The notes beneath the pieces were generated by a model, which made no database searches, was not told the DNA's origin, and was given only the letters and a program-made list of their open reading frames with translations. Shown piece after piece: positions 21,451-31,567 of a stretch of DNA of 64,000 bases; position 1 is the stretch's first letter, and every line of letters begins with the position of its first letter. This DNA is from Steroidobacteraceae bacterium (GTDB lineage: Bacteria; Pseudomonadota; Gammaproteobacteria; Steroidobacterales; Steroidobacteraceae): positions 5,112 through 69,111 of the forward strand of contig DATBLN010000181.1 of NCBI GenBank assembly GCA_036555345.1. The letters run 5' to 3'. The translations under genes and the position numbers were made by a program.

Positions 21451-23199
21451 ATGCCATCCCCGGAACTTCCGCGCATGCCGCCGCCCACCATCCGACGGCG
21501 TCCGCCCGGACCCGCCGGGAACCTGCCGGCGTCGCTGCATCCCGTGCTGCGACGCGTGTACGCCGCGCGCGGCGTCAGCGACGAGGCGGACCTTGCGCTC
21601 GAGCTGCGTCACCTGCTGCCCGTGGGCTCCCTGGACGGCGTCGGCGCGGCCGCGGAATTGCTGCAGGACCACCTGGCGCGCGGCTCCCGCATCCTCGTCG
21701 TCGGCGACTTCGACGCGGACGGCGCCACCAGCACCGCCCTCGTCGTGCGACAGCTGCAACGGCTCGGCCACGCAAACCTGGCGTTTCGCGTGCCGGATCG
21801 CCTCCGCCACGGCTATGGACTGACGCCCGGACTGGTCGCGGACTTCGCGCACGAGCGGGCCGACCTGCTCATCACCGTGGACAACGGCGTGGCGGCGCAT
21901 GCGGGTATCGAGGCGGCGCAGTCGCTCGGCATGCAGGTGCTCGTGACCGACCATCACCTTCCGGGACCGACGTTGCCGTCCTGTGCCGCGCACGTGAATC
22001 CGAACCTGCCCGGCGCCCGCTTCGGCAGCCGCGCGCTCGCGGGCGTCGGCGTCGCCTTCTACGTGATGGCGGCGCTGACGCGCTCACTGGAGGCCGCTCG
22101 AGGTGACCGGCTGCCCGCCGTGGCGGACCTGCTCGACCTGGTCGCGCTCGGGACCGTCGCCGACCTCGTGCCACTGGACCGCAACAACCGCATCCTGGTG
22201 CAGGAGGGCCTGCGGCGCATCCGCGCGCGCGCCGCCGTACCCGGGCTCCTGGCGCTGGCGCGCGTCGCCAGCTGCCGCATCGAGGAAATGTCGGCGCGCC
22301 AGCTGGGCCACCAGATCGCGCCCCGGCTCAACGCAGCGGGGCGCATCGACGACATGTCCGTGGGCATCCGCTGCCTGCTCGCCGAGGAAGCGGGCGAAGC
22401 GATCGCGCTCGCGACCGGGCTCGACCGCCTGAACCGGGAGCGGCGCGAAATCGAGGCGCGCATGCGGGAAGAAGCCGCCGCCGCGGTGCGCCGGCTGCGG
22501 CTGGCCGAGGGCAGCCTGCCGACCGGGCTCGCGCTGTTCGACCCCGGCTGGCATGCCGGCATCGTCGGGCTCGTCGCGACGCGCCTGAAGGACCGCCTGA
22601 ACCGCCCCGTGGTCGCCTTCGCGCCGGCCGGGGACGGGGAACTGCGAGGCTCGGCACGCTCGGTCGAGGGCGTGCACATCCGCGACGTACTGGAGGCCAT
22701 CGACACCCGTCATCCCGGCCTCATCGAGCGTTACGGCGGGCACGCCATGGCCGCCGGGCTGACGCTGCCCCACGGGGCCCTCGCGCGCTTCGCGGAGGCG
22801 TTCGCCGAGGAAGTCGGCCGCTGCCTGACCGCCGAGCAGATGCAAGGGGTGCTCGAGACGGACGGCGAGCTACTCCCCAGGGAGCTCTCGCTCGAGACGG
22901 CGCGTGCCATCGAGTCGGGCGGTCCCTGGGGCCAGGGCTTCCCGGAGCCGCTGTTCGACGGAGAGTTCGCGGTCGCCGACTCGCGCGTCGTGGGCGACCG
23001 CCACCTGAAGCTCTGGCTGCGGCCGGACGCCGCCTCGACGCCGGTCGAGGCGATCGCCTTCGGCCACTTCGACGACGCCCGGGCGCCACGGCCGGTCGCC
23101 GGAACGCGGCTCAGGCTCGCCTACCGGCTGCAATCGACGACTTACGGCGGCGGCGAGCGCCCGGAGTTGCTCGCGGAGTACATCGGATCGGCCAGATGA
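21451..23199 (+). CDS. recJ: single-stranded-DNA-specific exonuclease RecJ
   Basis: 582 aa from ATG 21451. The DHH motifs ILVVGDFDADGATSTA and LLITVDNG...LVTDHH are present. The ORF-track 857-aa form overlaps nlpD and is rejected. Confidence 0.92.
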   Translation: MPSPELPRMPPPTIRRRPPGPAGNLPASLHPVLRRVYAARGVSDEADLALELRHLLPVGSLDGVGAAAELLQDHLARGSRILVVGDFDADGATSTALVVRQLQRLGHANLAFRVPDRLRHGYGLTPGLVADFAHERADLLITVDNGVAAHAGIEAAQSLGMQVLVTDHHLPGPTLPSCAAHVNPNLPGARFGSRALAGVGVAFYVMAALTRSLEAARGDRLPAVADLLDLVALGTVADLVPLDRNNRILVQEGLRRIRARAAVPGLLALARVASCRIEEMSARQLGHQIAPRLNAAGRIDDMSVGIRCLLAEEAGEAIALATGLDRLNRERREIEARMREEAAAAVRRLRLAEGSLPTGLALFDPGWHAGIVGLVATRLKDRLNRPVVAFAPAGDGELRGSARSVEGVHIRDVLEAIDTRHPGLIERYGGHAMAAGLTLPHGALARFAEAFAEEVGRCLTAEQMQGVLETDGELLPRELSLETARAIESGGPWGQGFPEPLFDGEFAVADSRVVGDRHLKLWLRPDAASTPVEAIAFGHFDDARAPRPVAGTRLRLAYRLQSTTYGGGERPELLAEYIGSAR

Positions 23200-23222
23200 G
23201 CGTCTGTTAAGATGCGCGCCGC

Positions 23223-24318
23223 ATGGAAACCGCACCTACCCGCCGCTCGCTCGATGACCTGCGCCAGCGCCTCGAGGCGCTGAGGGGGTACCTTTGAGTA
23301 CGACCGCAAGCGCGAGCGTCTCGAGGAGCTGAACCGCGAGCTCGCGGACCCCGCCGTCTGGAACACGCCGGACAAGGCGCAATCGCTCGGCCGCGAGCGC
23401 GCGCGGCTCGACCAGACCCTCGGCGAGCTGGACCGCATCGGCCGCGGCCTTTCCGACTCGGCGGAACTGCTCGAGCTGGTCGAGGCCGAGCAGGACGAAG
23501 CCGGATTCGCGGAAGTCGAGCGCGATGCCGGCAGCCTCGGCGAGAGCGTGCGCCAGCTCGAGCTGTCGCGCATGTTCCCCGGCGAAATGGACTCCCACGG
23601 CGCATTCCTCGACATCCAGGCCGGCGCCGGCGGCACCGAGGCGCAGGACTGGGCGGCGATGCTGCTGCGCATGTACCTGCGATGGGCGGACCGGCGCGGC
23701 TTCACGAGCGAGGTCATCGACCAGAGCCCGGGCGAGGTCGCGGGCATCAAGAGCGCCTCCATCGAGGTGGACGGGCCCTATGCCTACGGGTGGCTGCGCA
23801 CGGAGACGGGCGTGCATCGCCTGGTGCGCAAGTCCCCGTTCGATTCCGGCAACCGCCGCCACACCTCCTTCGCATCCGTGTTCGTCTCGCCGGTCGTCGA
23901 CGACGAGATCAGCATCGAGGTCAACCCGGCCGACATCGAGATGGACACCTACCGCGCGAGCGGCGCGGGCGGCCAGCACGTCAACAAGACCGATTCGGCG
24001 GTGCGCCTGCGGCACCTGCCGTCCGGCATCGTCGTCGCCTGCCAGAGCGAGCGCAGCCAGCACAAGAACCGCTCGACCGCGATGAAGATGCTGAAGGCCA
24101 AGCTCTACGAGCTCGAGGTCAACAAGCGCAATGCCGCCGCGCGCGTGCTCGAGGAGCAGAAGACCGACGTCGGCTGGGGCCACCAGATCCGCTCCTACGT
24201 GCTGGACCAGTCGCGGATCAAGGACCTGCGCACGGGGCACGAGACCGGCAACCCGACGGCGGTGCTCGACGGCGACCTCGACCCCTTCATGGAGGCGAGC
24301 CTGAAGCAGGGCCTGTAG
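23223..24318 (+). CDS. prfB: peptide chain release factor 2, made by programmed +1 frameshift (join 23223..23294, 23296..24318)
   Basis: The short frame [24 protein letters not shown] ends at an in-frame TGA (23295-23297). After the +1 shift it continues [23 protein letters not shown]... into the 256-aa ORF-track fragment, which carries the SPF (KSPFDS) and GGQ ([10 protein letters not shown]) motifs. Confidence 0.93.
23283..23298 (+). promoter_or_regulatory. prfB +1 frameshift site: SD-like AGGGGG, 3-nt spacer, CTT TGA G
   Basis: The sequence agggggtacctttgag is the same layout as the E. coli AGGGGGUAUCUUUGAC autoregulatory site. Confidence 0.85.
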
Positions 24319-24328
24319 GATTCGATCC

Positions 24329-25840
24329 ATGGCGAACGACGAGATGCCGCCCGGGGGCGACGACAACGCGCTGATCGCGGAGCGGCGCGGCAAGCTCGCG
24401 CGACTGCGGGCAGCGGGCGTCGCCTACCCGAACGACTTCCGGCGCGACGCGCTCGCGGCCGACCTGCACGCGACCTACGGCGCGCGCAGCGACGAGTCGC
24501 TGGCGGCGCAGCCGGTGCGCGTGCGCGTCGCGGGCCGCATGATGTTCAAGCGCGTGATGGGCAAGGCGTCGTTCGCCAAGCTCCAGGACGCGAGCGGGCA
24601 GATCCAGGTCTACCTGCAGGCGCAGGCGCTCGGGGAGGGGTACGACGCGTTCAGGGCCTGGGACGTCGGCGACATCCTGGGCGCCGAGGGCGTGCTGATG
24701 CGCACGCGCGCGGGCGAGCTGTCCGTGCGCGCGGAGTCGGCGCGGCTGCTCGTCAAGGCGCTGCGTCCGCTGCCCGACAAGTGGCACGGCCTCGCCGACA
24801 CCGAGACCCGCTACCGCCGGCGCTACGTGGACCTGATCGTGAACGAGGCGGCGCGCGAGACCTTCCGGACGCGCACGCGCGTCGTGCGCTGGCTGCGCGA
24901 CTTCCTGGACGCCCAGGACTTCCTCGAGGTCGAGACGCCGATGATGCAGCCGATACCGGGCGGTGCGCTCGCGCGGCCCTTCGTCACGCACCACAACGCG
25001 CTCGGCCAGGACATGTACCTGCGCATCGCGCCAGAGCTCTACCTGAAGCGCCTGGTCGTCGGCGGATTCGAGCGCGTCTACGAGATCAACCGGAATTTCC
25101 GCAACGAGGGCCTGTCCACCCAGCACAACCCGGAATTCACGATGCTGGAGCTGTACCAGGCCTACGCGGACTGCGACGACTTCATGGGTCTCGTCGAGCG
25201 CATGCTCCAGGGCGTCGCGGACGCGGTCGCCGGCACGCGCGCGATCGCCTGCCAGGGACGGACGATCAGCCTGGCGGCGCCATTCGCAAGGGTGTCGGTC
25301 GAGCAGGCGGTGCTCGAGCATAACCCGGGCATCGGCCGCGCCGGCCTGCGGGACGCCGGCGCGCTGCGCGCGGCCTGCGCCGCGCTCGGCGTCGAGACCC
25401 AGGCGAAGGACGGGGCCGGCAAGCTGCTCATGGAGCTCTTCGAGAAGACCTGCGAGCACCACCTCGAGCAGCCGACATTCGTCCATTCCTACCCGACGGA
25501 AGTGTCCCCGCTGTCGCGCAGGCGGGACTCGGATCCATTCGTCACGGACCGCTTCGAGCTGTTCGTCGACGGACGCGAGCTCGCCAACGGTTTCTCCGAG
25601 CTCAACGACCCGGAGGAACAGGCCGCGCGCTTCCATGAGCAGGCGGCACGCCGCGGCGCGGGGGACCTCGAAGCGATGGCCTTCGACGCGGACTACATCC
25701 GTGCGCTCGAGTACGGCATGCCGCCCGCCGCCGGGCTCGGCGTGGGAGTGGACCGCCTCGTCATGCTGCTCACGGACTCGCCGAGCATCCGCGACGTGCT
25801 GCTGTTCCCGCAGCTGCGCCACGAGGCCGGAGCCGACTGA
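24329..25840 (+). CDS. lysS: lysine--tRNA ligase (class II)
   Basis: 503 aa. The string [21 protein letters not shown] and the class II motifs are present. The prfB-lysS linkage is conserved. Confidence 0.95.
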   Translation: MANDEMPPGGDDNALIAERRGKLARLRAAGVAYPNDFRRDALAADLHATYGARSDESLAAQPVRVRVAGRMMFKRVMGKASFAKLQDASGQIQVYLQAQALGEGYDAFRAWDVGDILGAEGVLMRTRAGELSVRAESARLLVKALRPLPDKWHGLADTETRYRRRYVDLIVNEAARETFRTRTRVVRWLRDFLDAQDFLEVETPMMQPIPGGALARPFVTHHNALGQDMYLRIAPELYLKRLVVGGFERVYEINRNFRNEGLSTQHNPEFTMLELYQAYADCDDFMGLVERMLQGVADAVAGTRAIACQGRTISLAAPFARVSVEQAVLEHNPGIGRAGLRDAGALRAACAALGVETQAKDGAGKLLMELFEKTCEHHLEQPTFVHSYPTEVSPLSRRRDSDPFVTDRFELFVDGRELANGFSELNDPEEQAARFHEQAARRGAGDLEAMAFDADYIRALEYGMPPAAGLGVGVDRLVMLLTDSPSIRDVLLFPQLRHEAGAD

Positions 25841-25848
25841 GCGCAGGC

Positions 25849-26736
25849 TCAGACGGCCGGCAGCATCGCCCCCTCGGCGGCGGCCGCCGGGATCGCGTAG
25901 GGCAGGTCCGACGGCACGAATTCGGCGCCGCCAGGCCGTGCGCCCAGCAGCTCCCCGCAGTCGGCGAGTTCCACCACCGCCAGGCACTGCACGCCCCCGT
26001 GATCGCTGGCGCGCACCACCTGGGCGGCAGGCGCCGCGCCGGCATACAGCAGCTGGCCGGGCGCGGGCGCGGCGCCGGGCGGGGCGCAGTAACGCAACAT
26101 GCGGCGCTTGATGCGGCCGAGGTGCTGCGCGCGCGCGACGATCTCCTGCCCCAGGTAGCAGCCCTTGCTGAAGCTGATCGCGCCCAGCAGGTCGAGGTTC
26201 AGCATCTGCGGCACCCAGACGCCGGAGGTCTCCGGGCAGACCATCGGTTCGCCGTCCTCGATCGACGCCCGTTCCCAGTCGCCGGCGGTGGAAGACGGCA
26301 GGTCCGCGAGCACCGATTGCGCCGTGGCCGGGTCGCCGACGAGCAGCGTGCGCGAGGGACTGGCAACCAGCACGATAAGGCCGGCCGCGGCCGCCGCCGA
26401 CTGCAACGCCGGCTCCGCGTCCATCAGGCCGAGGACCGCGTGACGGGAATCCGTGAAGTCGACCGAGGCGCGCAGGACGAAGCGGGCCAGGTGCGCGACG
26501 ACGAACGGCGCCATCGCGCGCGGCAACACCAGCTGCACTTCCTCGCCGCGGGCGGCCAGGCGCAAGGTCGCGATCACGCGCCCCTGGCGATTGCAGGCTG
26601 CCGCCAGCATGCCGGGATGCCGGTCGACGGGCAGCAGGTCGTTGGTCAGCTGGCCCTGCAGGAACGCGCGAGCGTCGCGGCCGGTCGCCGCGATCACCGA
26701 CATCGAGGGCAACGCGGTCCAGCGAGTCGCCGCCAT
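25849..26736 (-). CDS. ygfZ: folate-binding tRNA-modification/Fe-S maintenance protein YgfZ
   Basis: 295 aa. The signature KGCYLGQEIVARAQHLGRIKRRM is present. Confidence 0.85.
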   Translation of the reverse strand: MAATRWTALPSMSVIAATGRDARAFLQGQLTNDLLPVDRHPGMLAAACNRQGRVIATLRLAARGEEVQLVLPRAMAPFVVAHLARFVLRASVDFTDSRHAVLGLMDAEPALQSAAAAAGLIVLVASPSRTLLVGDPATAQSVLADLPSSTAGDWERASIEDGEPMVCPETSGVWVPQMLNLDLLGAISFSKGCYLGQEIVARAQHLGRIKRRMLRYCAPPGAAPAPGQLLYAGAAPAAQVVRASDHGGVQCLAVVELADCGELLGARPGGAEFVPSDLPYAIPAAAAEGAMLPAV

Positions 26737-26813
26737 CGCCGTATCCTAGCGCAGTACTTCTGCCCGAATGCGCCGCAATTGGCTTGGGGCGCGCAGCGCC
26801 GTTCTGGCAGAAT

Positions 26814-27266
26814 ATGGCTGCGATGCAAGCCCCTGCACCCGCCAAGGCGCCCCCGGCGCCCCTGGTCCGGCCCGATCGACCGCTGTCCCCGCACCTGCAG
26901 GTCTACCGCCTGGCCCTGACGACGGTGATGTCCGGCCTGCACCGCATCACGGGGCTCGTGCTCACGCTCGCGACCCCGCTGCTCGTGGCCTGGCTCCTGG
27001 CCGCCGCCCGCGGCGCCGATGCGTACGCCGCGGCCGCGGGCTTCTTCGGCAGCTGGCCGATGCGCATCGTGCTCGCCGGGCTCATCGGCGTGTTCTGGTA
27101 CCACCTCTTCAACGGCCTGCGGCACCTGGTGTGGGACGCGGGCCACGGCTTCGACATCCGCGCGGCGCGCGCGAGCGGCGCGATGGTCGTGCTGCTCACC
27201 GCGGCGGCCTTCGCCGCCACGCTGTTCCTCACGCCGGCCTGGCGCTGGCTCTGGGGCGCGCCGTGA
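26814..27266 (+). CDS. sdhC: succinate dehydrogenase cytochrome b556 subunit
   Basis: [26 protein letters not shown] aligns by eye with the SdhC N-terminal region. The start is uncertain among ATG 26814, ATG 26823 and TTG 26784. Confidence 0.85.
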   Translation: MAAMQAPAPAKAPPAPLVRPDRPLSPHLQVYRLALTTVMSGLHRITGLVLTLATPLLVAWLLAAARGADAYAAAAGFFGSWPMRIVLAGLIGVFWYHLFNGLRHLVWDAGHGFDIRAARASGAMVVLLTAAAFAATLFLTPAWRWLWGAP

Positions 27267-27604
27267 GCGGGCACGCCACGCGGCACTGGCGCAACCAGAG
27301 GCTCTCCGCGATCGCCCTCGTCGCGCTCGGCGGCTGGTTCCTGTTCTCCGTGCTGTCGCTGCAGGATCCCGGGTACGGCAGCGTGCGCGCCTGGCTGTCG
27401 GCCCCCTCGCAGTCCGTGCTGATGCTGCTGTTCGCCTGGTGCGCCTTGTGGCACTCGGCGCAGGGCGTGCAGGTGGTCATCGACGATTACGTCTACGGCG
27501 CCATGCACGGGCGCGTGCGCTCGATCTCGCGGCTCGCGCACCTGGCGGGCGCGGCCGCCGTCGCCTGGTCCGTCTGGGCGATCGCGCGGGGCGCGGTGAC
27601 ATGA
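27263..27604 (+). CDS. sdhD: succinate dehydrogenase membrane anchor subunit
   Basis: GTG 27263 forms a GTGA overlap with the sdhC stop. It is 113 aa with three hydrophobic helices, and lies between sdhC and sdhA. Confidence 0.8.
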   Translation: MSGHATRHWRNQRLSAIALVALGGWFLFSVLSLQDPGYGSVRAWLSAPSQSVLMLLFAWCALWHSAQGVQVVIDDYVYGAMHGRVRSISRLAHLAGAAAVAWSVWAIARGAVT

Positions 27605-29382
27605 GCGCCTACACGGTCACGGACCATCTCTGCGACGTCGTGGTCGTCGGCGCCGGCGGCGCGGGATTGCGCGCCGCGGTGGGACTCGCCGAGGCGGGCC
27701 TCGCGACCTCCGTCGTCACCAAGGTGTTCCCGACGCGCAGCCACACGGTCGCGGCGCAGGGCGGCATCAGCGCCGCGCTCGGCAACATGGGCGAGGATGA
27801 CTGGCGCTTCCATTTCTACGACACGGTCAAGGGCTCGGACTGGCTCGGCGACCAGGATGCGATCGAGTACATGTGCCGCGAGGCGCCGGCCGCCGTCATC
27901 GAGCTCGAGCACTATGGCCTGCCGTTCTCGCGCACCGAGGACGGCCGGATCTACCAGCGCCCGTTCGGCGGGATGACGACGCACTACGGCAAGGGCATCG
28001 CGCAGCGCACCTGTGCCGCGGCGGACCGCACCGGGCACGCGATGCTGCATACCCTCTACCAGCAGTGTCTCAAGCACGACGCGCGCTTCTTCATCGAGTT
28101 CTTCGCGCTCGACCTGCTGATGGAGGACGGCGCCTGCCGCGGCGTGCTGGCCCTCGACATGTCGACCGGCACCCTGCACCGGTTCCTCGCGCAGGCGACC
28201 GTGCTCGCGACCGGCGGCTACGGCCGCACGTATTTCTCCTGCACGTCGGCCCACACCTGCACGGGCGACGGCGGCGGCATGGTGCTGCGCGCGGGCCTGC
28301 CGCTGCAGGACATGGAGTTCGTGCAGTTCCACCCGACCGGCATCTACGGCGCCGGCTGCCTGATCACCGAGGGCTCGCGCGGGGAGGGCGGCGTGCTGCG
28401 GAACTCACGGGGCGAACGCTTCATGGAGCGTTACGCGCCGAACGCCAAGGACCTCGCCTCGCGCGACGTGGTGAGCCGGGCGATGACGATCGAGATCCGC
28501 GAGGGCCGCGGCGTCGGGCCGCGCCAGGACCACCTGCTGCTGCACCTCGAGCACCTCGGCGCGGACGTGATCCACAAGCGCCTGCCGGGCATCGCCGAGA
28601 CGGCGCGCATCTTCGCCGGCGTCGACGTGACCCGCGCTCCCATCCCGGTGCTGCCGACGGCGCACTACAACATGGGCGGGATTCCCTGCTCGATCGACGG
28701 CGAGGTGCAGACGCGCGATGCCCAGGGCGACGCCGCCGTGCCGGGGCTGCTGGCGGTCGGCGAGGCCGCCTGCGTGTCGGTTCACGGCGCGAACCGCCTG
28801 GGCTCGAATTCGCTGCTCGACCTCGTGGTGTTCGGGCGGGCTGCCGCGGCGCATTGCGCCAAGCGCCTGCGGGCCGGGGCCGCGCAGCCGGCCGCGCCGC
28901 GGGCGGCGACCGACGCCGCGCTCACGCGCTTCGATCGCGTCCGCCAGGCCGCGGGCGCGCGCCCGACCGCATCGCTGCGCGACGAGATGCAGCGCGCGAT
29001 GCAGAAGGACGCCGCCGTATTCCGGACCGGCGAGAGCCTGGCCGCGGGCTGCCGCGCGGTCGGCGCCGCGTTCGACGCGATGGCGGAGCTTCGCATCAGC
29101 GACCGTTCGCTCGTGTTCAACACCGACCTGATCGAGGCCCTGGAGCTCGACAACCTCCTGCGCCAGGCGCTGGTCACGATCCACTCGGCCCGCAACCGCA
29201 CCGAGAGCCGGGGAGCGCACGCGCGCGAGGACTTCCCGGCGCGGGACGACGTCCAGTGGCTGAAGCACACGCTCGCCTGGCTTGACGACGCAGGCGACGT
29301 GCGTTTCGACTACCGGCCCGTGCAGCTGGCGACGCGCACGGGCGAGGTGGAACCGATCCCGCCGAAGGCGCGGACTTACTGA
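27601..29382 (+). CDS. sdhA: succinate dehydrogenase flavoprotein subunit
   Basis: ATGA overlap with the sdhD stop. The FAD-binding N-terminus is [15 protein letters not shown]. The covalent-FAD region reads [11 protein letters not shown]. Confidence 0.96.
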   Translation: MSAYTVTDHLCDVVVVGAGGAGLRAAVGLAEAGLATSVVTKVFPTRSHTVAAQGGISAALGNMGEDDWRFHFYDTVKGSDWLGDQDAIEYMCREAPAAVIELEHYGLPFSRTEDGRIYQRPFGGMTTHYGKGIAQRTCAAADRTGHAMLHTLYQQCLKHDARFFIEFFALDLLMEDGACRGVLALDMSTGTLHRFLAQATVLATGGYGRTYFSCTSAHTCTGDGGGMVLRAGLPLQDMEFVQFHPTGIYGAGCLITEGSRGEGGVLRNSRGERFMERYAPNAKDLASRDVVSRAMTIEIREGRGVGPRQDHLLLHLEHLGADVIHKRLPGIAETARIFAGVDVTRAPIPVLPTAHYNMGGIPCSIDGEVQTRDAQGDAAVPGLLAVGEAACVSVHGANRLGSNSLLDLVVFGRAAAAHCAKRLRAGAAQPAAPRAATDAALTRFDRVRQAAGARPTASLRDEMQRAMQKDAAVFRTGESLAAGCRAVGAAFDAMAELRISDRSLVFNTDLIEALELDNLLRQALVTIHSARNRTESRGAHAREDFPARDDVQWLKHTLAWLDDAGDVRFDYRPVQLATRTGEVEPIPPKARTY

Positions 29383-29403
29383 GGGGCGCGGAACCGCAGC
29401 CAC

Positions 29404-30195
29404 ATGGTCCAGTTCAACCTGCCGGAGAACTCGAGGTACGCGAAGCAGCCGGGGCGCCGCCATCGCGCGCCAGCCGGCGCGAAGCGCGTGCGCGAGTTCC
29501 ACGTCTACCGCTTCGACCCGGATTCGGATCAGCCGCCGCGTGTGGACGTGTTCGAGGTGGACCTCGACGCCTGCGGCAGCATGGTCCTCGACGCGCTGAT
29601 CCTGATCAAGGACCAGGTGGACTCCACGCTCACGTTCCGCCGCTCCTGCCGGGAGGGCATCTGCGGCTCCTGCGCGATGAACATCGACGGTCTCAACACG
29701 CTCGCGTGCACGAAGCCCGTCGATTCCATCCGCGGCCCGGTGCGTATCTTCCCGCTGCCGCACATGCCGGTGGTGAAGGACCTGGTGCCGGACCTGACCC
29801 AGTTCTACGCGCAATACGCGGCCGTGAAGCCCTGGCTGCAGACTCGGGCCCCGGGCCCCGAGGGCCGCGAGCGCGCGCAGTCTCCGGCGGACCAGGAACG
29901 GGTCGACCGGCCGTCGGCGTGCATCCTCTGCGCCTGCTGCTCGACCAGCTGCCCGAGCTTCTGGTGGAACAGCGAGCGCTACCTCGGGCCGGCCGCGCTG
30001 CTCGCCGCGCATCGCTGGGTCCTCGACACGCGGGACGAGGCGAAGGCGGAGCGCCTCGCGCAGCTCGACGACGCGTTCCGCCTGTACCGCTGCCACACCA
30101 TCCTGAACTGCGTCGAGGCCTGCCCGAAGGACCTGAACCCGGCGCGCGCCATCGCGGACCTCAAGCGGCGGCTCGCGCGCGGCGAGGGCGGCTGA
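29404..30195 (+). CDS. sdhB: succinate dehydrogenase iron-sulfur subunit
   Basis: 263 aa. The Cys clusters are CREGICGSCAM, CILCACCSTSCP and CHTILNCVEACP. Confidence 0.95.
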   Translation: MVQFNLPENSRYAKQPGRRHRAPAGAKRVREFHVYRFDPDSDQPPRVDVFEVDLDACGSMVLDALILIKDQVDSTLTFRRSCREGICGSCAMNIDGLNTLACTKPVDSIRGPVRIFPLPHMPVVKDLVPDLTQFYAQYAAVKPWLQTRAPGPEGRERAQSPADQERVDRPSACILCACCSTSCPSFWWNSERYLGPAALLAAHRWVLDTRDEAKAERLAQLDDAFRLYRCHTILNCVEACPKDLNPARAIADLKRRLARGEGG

Positions 30196-30197
30196 CC

Positions 30198-30446
30198 GTG
30201 CCGGCGACGGCGCCCCCCGGCCAGGTCCGCTGGCGCTGCCGCCGCGGCATGAAGGAGCTCGACGTGCTGCTCGGGCGCTGGGTCGAGCACCGCTGGTCCG
30301 AGGCGGGCGAGGCGACACGCGCCGCTTTCGCGGCGCTGCTGGAATTGCCGGACCCGCAGCTCGCCGGCTGGCTCCTGCAGGGCGAACGTCCGCCTGACGC
30401 CGGGCTCGCGGCGCTCGTCGATGACATCCTTCGCGGTCGCGATTGA
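30198..30446 (+). CDS. sdhE: FAD assembly factor SdhE (YgfY/CptB family)
   Basis: 82 aa from GTG 30198, 2 nt after the sdhB stop. The conserved RGxxE motif is seen as RCRRGMKELDVLL. Confidence 0.8.
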   Translation: MPATAPPGQVRWRCRRGMKELDVLLGRWVEHRWSEAGEATRAAFAALLELPDPQLAGWLLQGERPPDAGLAALVDDILRGRD

Positions 30447-30834
30447 GCCCGGGTCCGAGCCACGCCTGGCTGCGCTCCTCGCGCTCGTACATGCGGGGGC
30501 GGCGGCCAGCCCCTGGATCGCGCATGGCCGGCCCGCGCTCGCGGCACTCGTGAGCATCGCCGCGATCGCGGGACTCGGGTCGAGCCTCACGCGGGTGCCG
30601 GGACCGCACTGCCGGTTGCGGGCGGTCGAACTCGATGCCGGCAGCTGCCGCGCGAGGGTGGCGGGAGACGAGGCCTGGCAACCGGCCGAGGTGACGCGGG
30701 CGACCCGCGTCTCGGCCGCAGGCGTCGCCCTGGAGCTTCGCGTGGCGGGGCGGCTGCATGGCTGGCTGCTGCCACGCGCCGGCCTGCCCGCGGACCAGTT
30801 TCGACGCCTCAAGGCCCTGATCCGGCTGGCTTGA
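30421..30834 (+). CDS. ygfX: YgfX/CptA-like inner-membrane protein (DUF1434-like)
   Basis: 137 aa, overlapping sdhE by 26 nt. It has two hydrophobic segments and a C-terminal pattern LELRVAGRLHGWLLPRAGLPADQFRRLKALI that resembles E. coli YgfX. The assignment rests on context and by-eye similarity. Confidence 0.55.
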   Translation: MTSFAVAIEPGSEPRLAALLALVHAGAAASPWIAHGRPALAALVSIAAIAGLGSSLTRVPGPHCRLRAVELDAGSCRARVAGDEAWQPAEVTRATRVSAAGVALELRVAGRLHGWLLPRAGLPADQFRRLKALIRLA

Positions 30835-30895
30835 TAGAATCCGGCCACTGGGTCACAGGAGGCCATCGCAGCGCCCCCCAGCCGCCAGTCCGGCC

Positions 30896-30923
30896 GAACT
30901 TACGGGGCTACGGCCGGTCATAT
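30896..30923 (+). promoter_or_regulatory. candidate sigma-E (AlgU/RpoE) autoregulated promoter: GAACTT-N16-TCATAT
   Basis: GAACTT at 30896-30901 is followed by a 16-nt spacer and then TCATAT at 30918-30923. This compares with the AlgU/RpoE consensus GAACTT-N16/17-TCnnA. It lies about 40 nt upstream of the rpoE ATG. Confidence 0.5.
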
Positions 30924-30964
30924 GCGGCGTGACAGGGGCAGGCGCAGCGCGGATCGTCGAGCCG

Positions 30965-31567
30965 ATGCGGGCTGAAGCAGGAGATATCGCGCTGGTGCGC
31001 CGCGTCCAGAAGGGCGACAAGGCGGCCTTCGACGCGCTCGTGCTCAAGTACCAGCACAAGGTGCTGAAGCTCGTGCAGCGCTATGTCCGCAACCCGGCAG
31101 AGGCGGAGGACATCGCGCAGGAGGCCTTCATCAAGGCCTACCGCGCGCTGCCGGCCTTCCGGGGCGACAGCGCCTTCTATACGTGGCTGTACCGGATCGC
31201 GATCAACACGGCGAAGAACTCGCTGGTCGCGAGCCGCCGCCGGCCGGTGTCGTACGACCTGGACCTGCAGGACGGCACGCAGGTCCAGGCGCACGCGCGG
31301 CTCTCGGACGGCGAGACGCCGGAGGCGCTCGCGCTGACCGAGGAGATCCGGCGCACCGTCAACGAAGCCATCGAAGCCCTGCCGGACGACCTGCGGCTCG
31401 CGATCGTGCTGCGGGAACTCGAGGGGCTCAGTTACGAGGACATCGCCAGGACCATGGAATGCCCGGTGGGTACCGTCCGTTCGAGGATCTTCCGCGCGCG
31501 CGAAGCGATCGACCGCAGCCTGCGCGAGGTCTTTGACGGCGGCCTCGGGCGTATCGGAGATACGTGA
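30965..31567 (+). CDS. rpoE: ECF RNA polymerase sigma factor sigma-E
   Basis: 200 aa from ATG 30965. LVRRVQKGDKAAFDALVLKYQHKVLKLVQRYV aligns closely with E. coli RpoE and P. aeruginosa AlgU. Confidence 0.9.
   Translation: MRAEAGDIALVRRVQKGDKAAFDALVLKYQHKVLKLVQRYVRNPAEAEDIAQEAFIKAYRALPAFRGDSAFYTWLYRIAINTAKNSLVASRRRPVSYDLDLQDGTQVQAHARLSDGETPEALALTEEIRRTVNEAIEALPDDLRLAIVLRELEGLSYEDIARTMECPVGTVRSRIFRAREAIDRSLREVFDGGLGRIGDT

Noticed and set aside
26779-26813. TTGGCT ... CAGAAT as an sdhC promoter
   Set aside because: The spacer would be 23 nt, and the -10-like hexamer abuts the ATG. This is not a plausible sigma-70 geometry, so I left the sdhC promoter uncalled.
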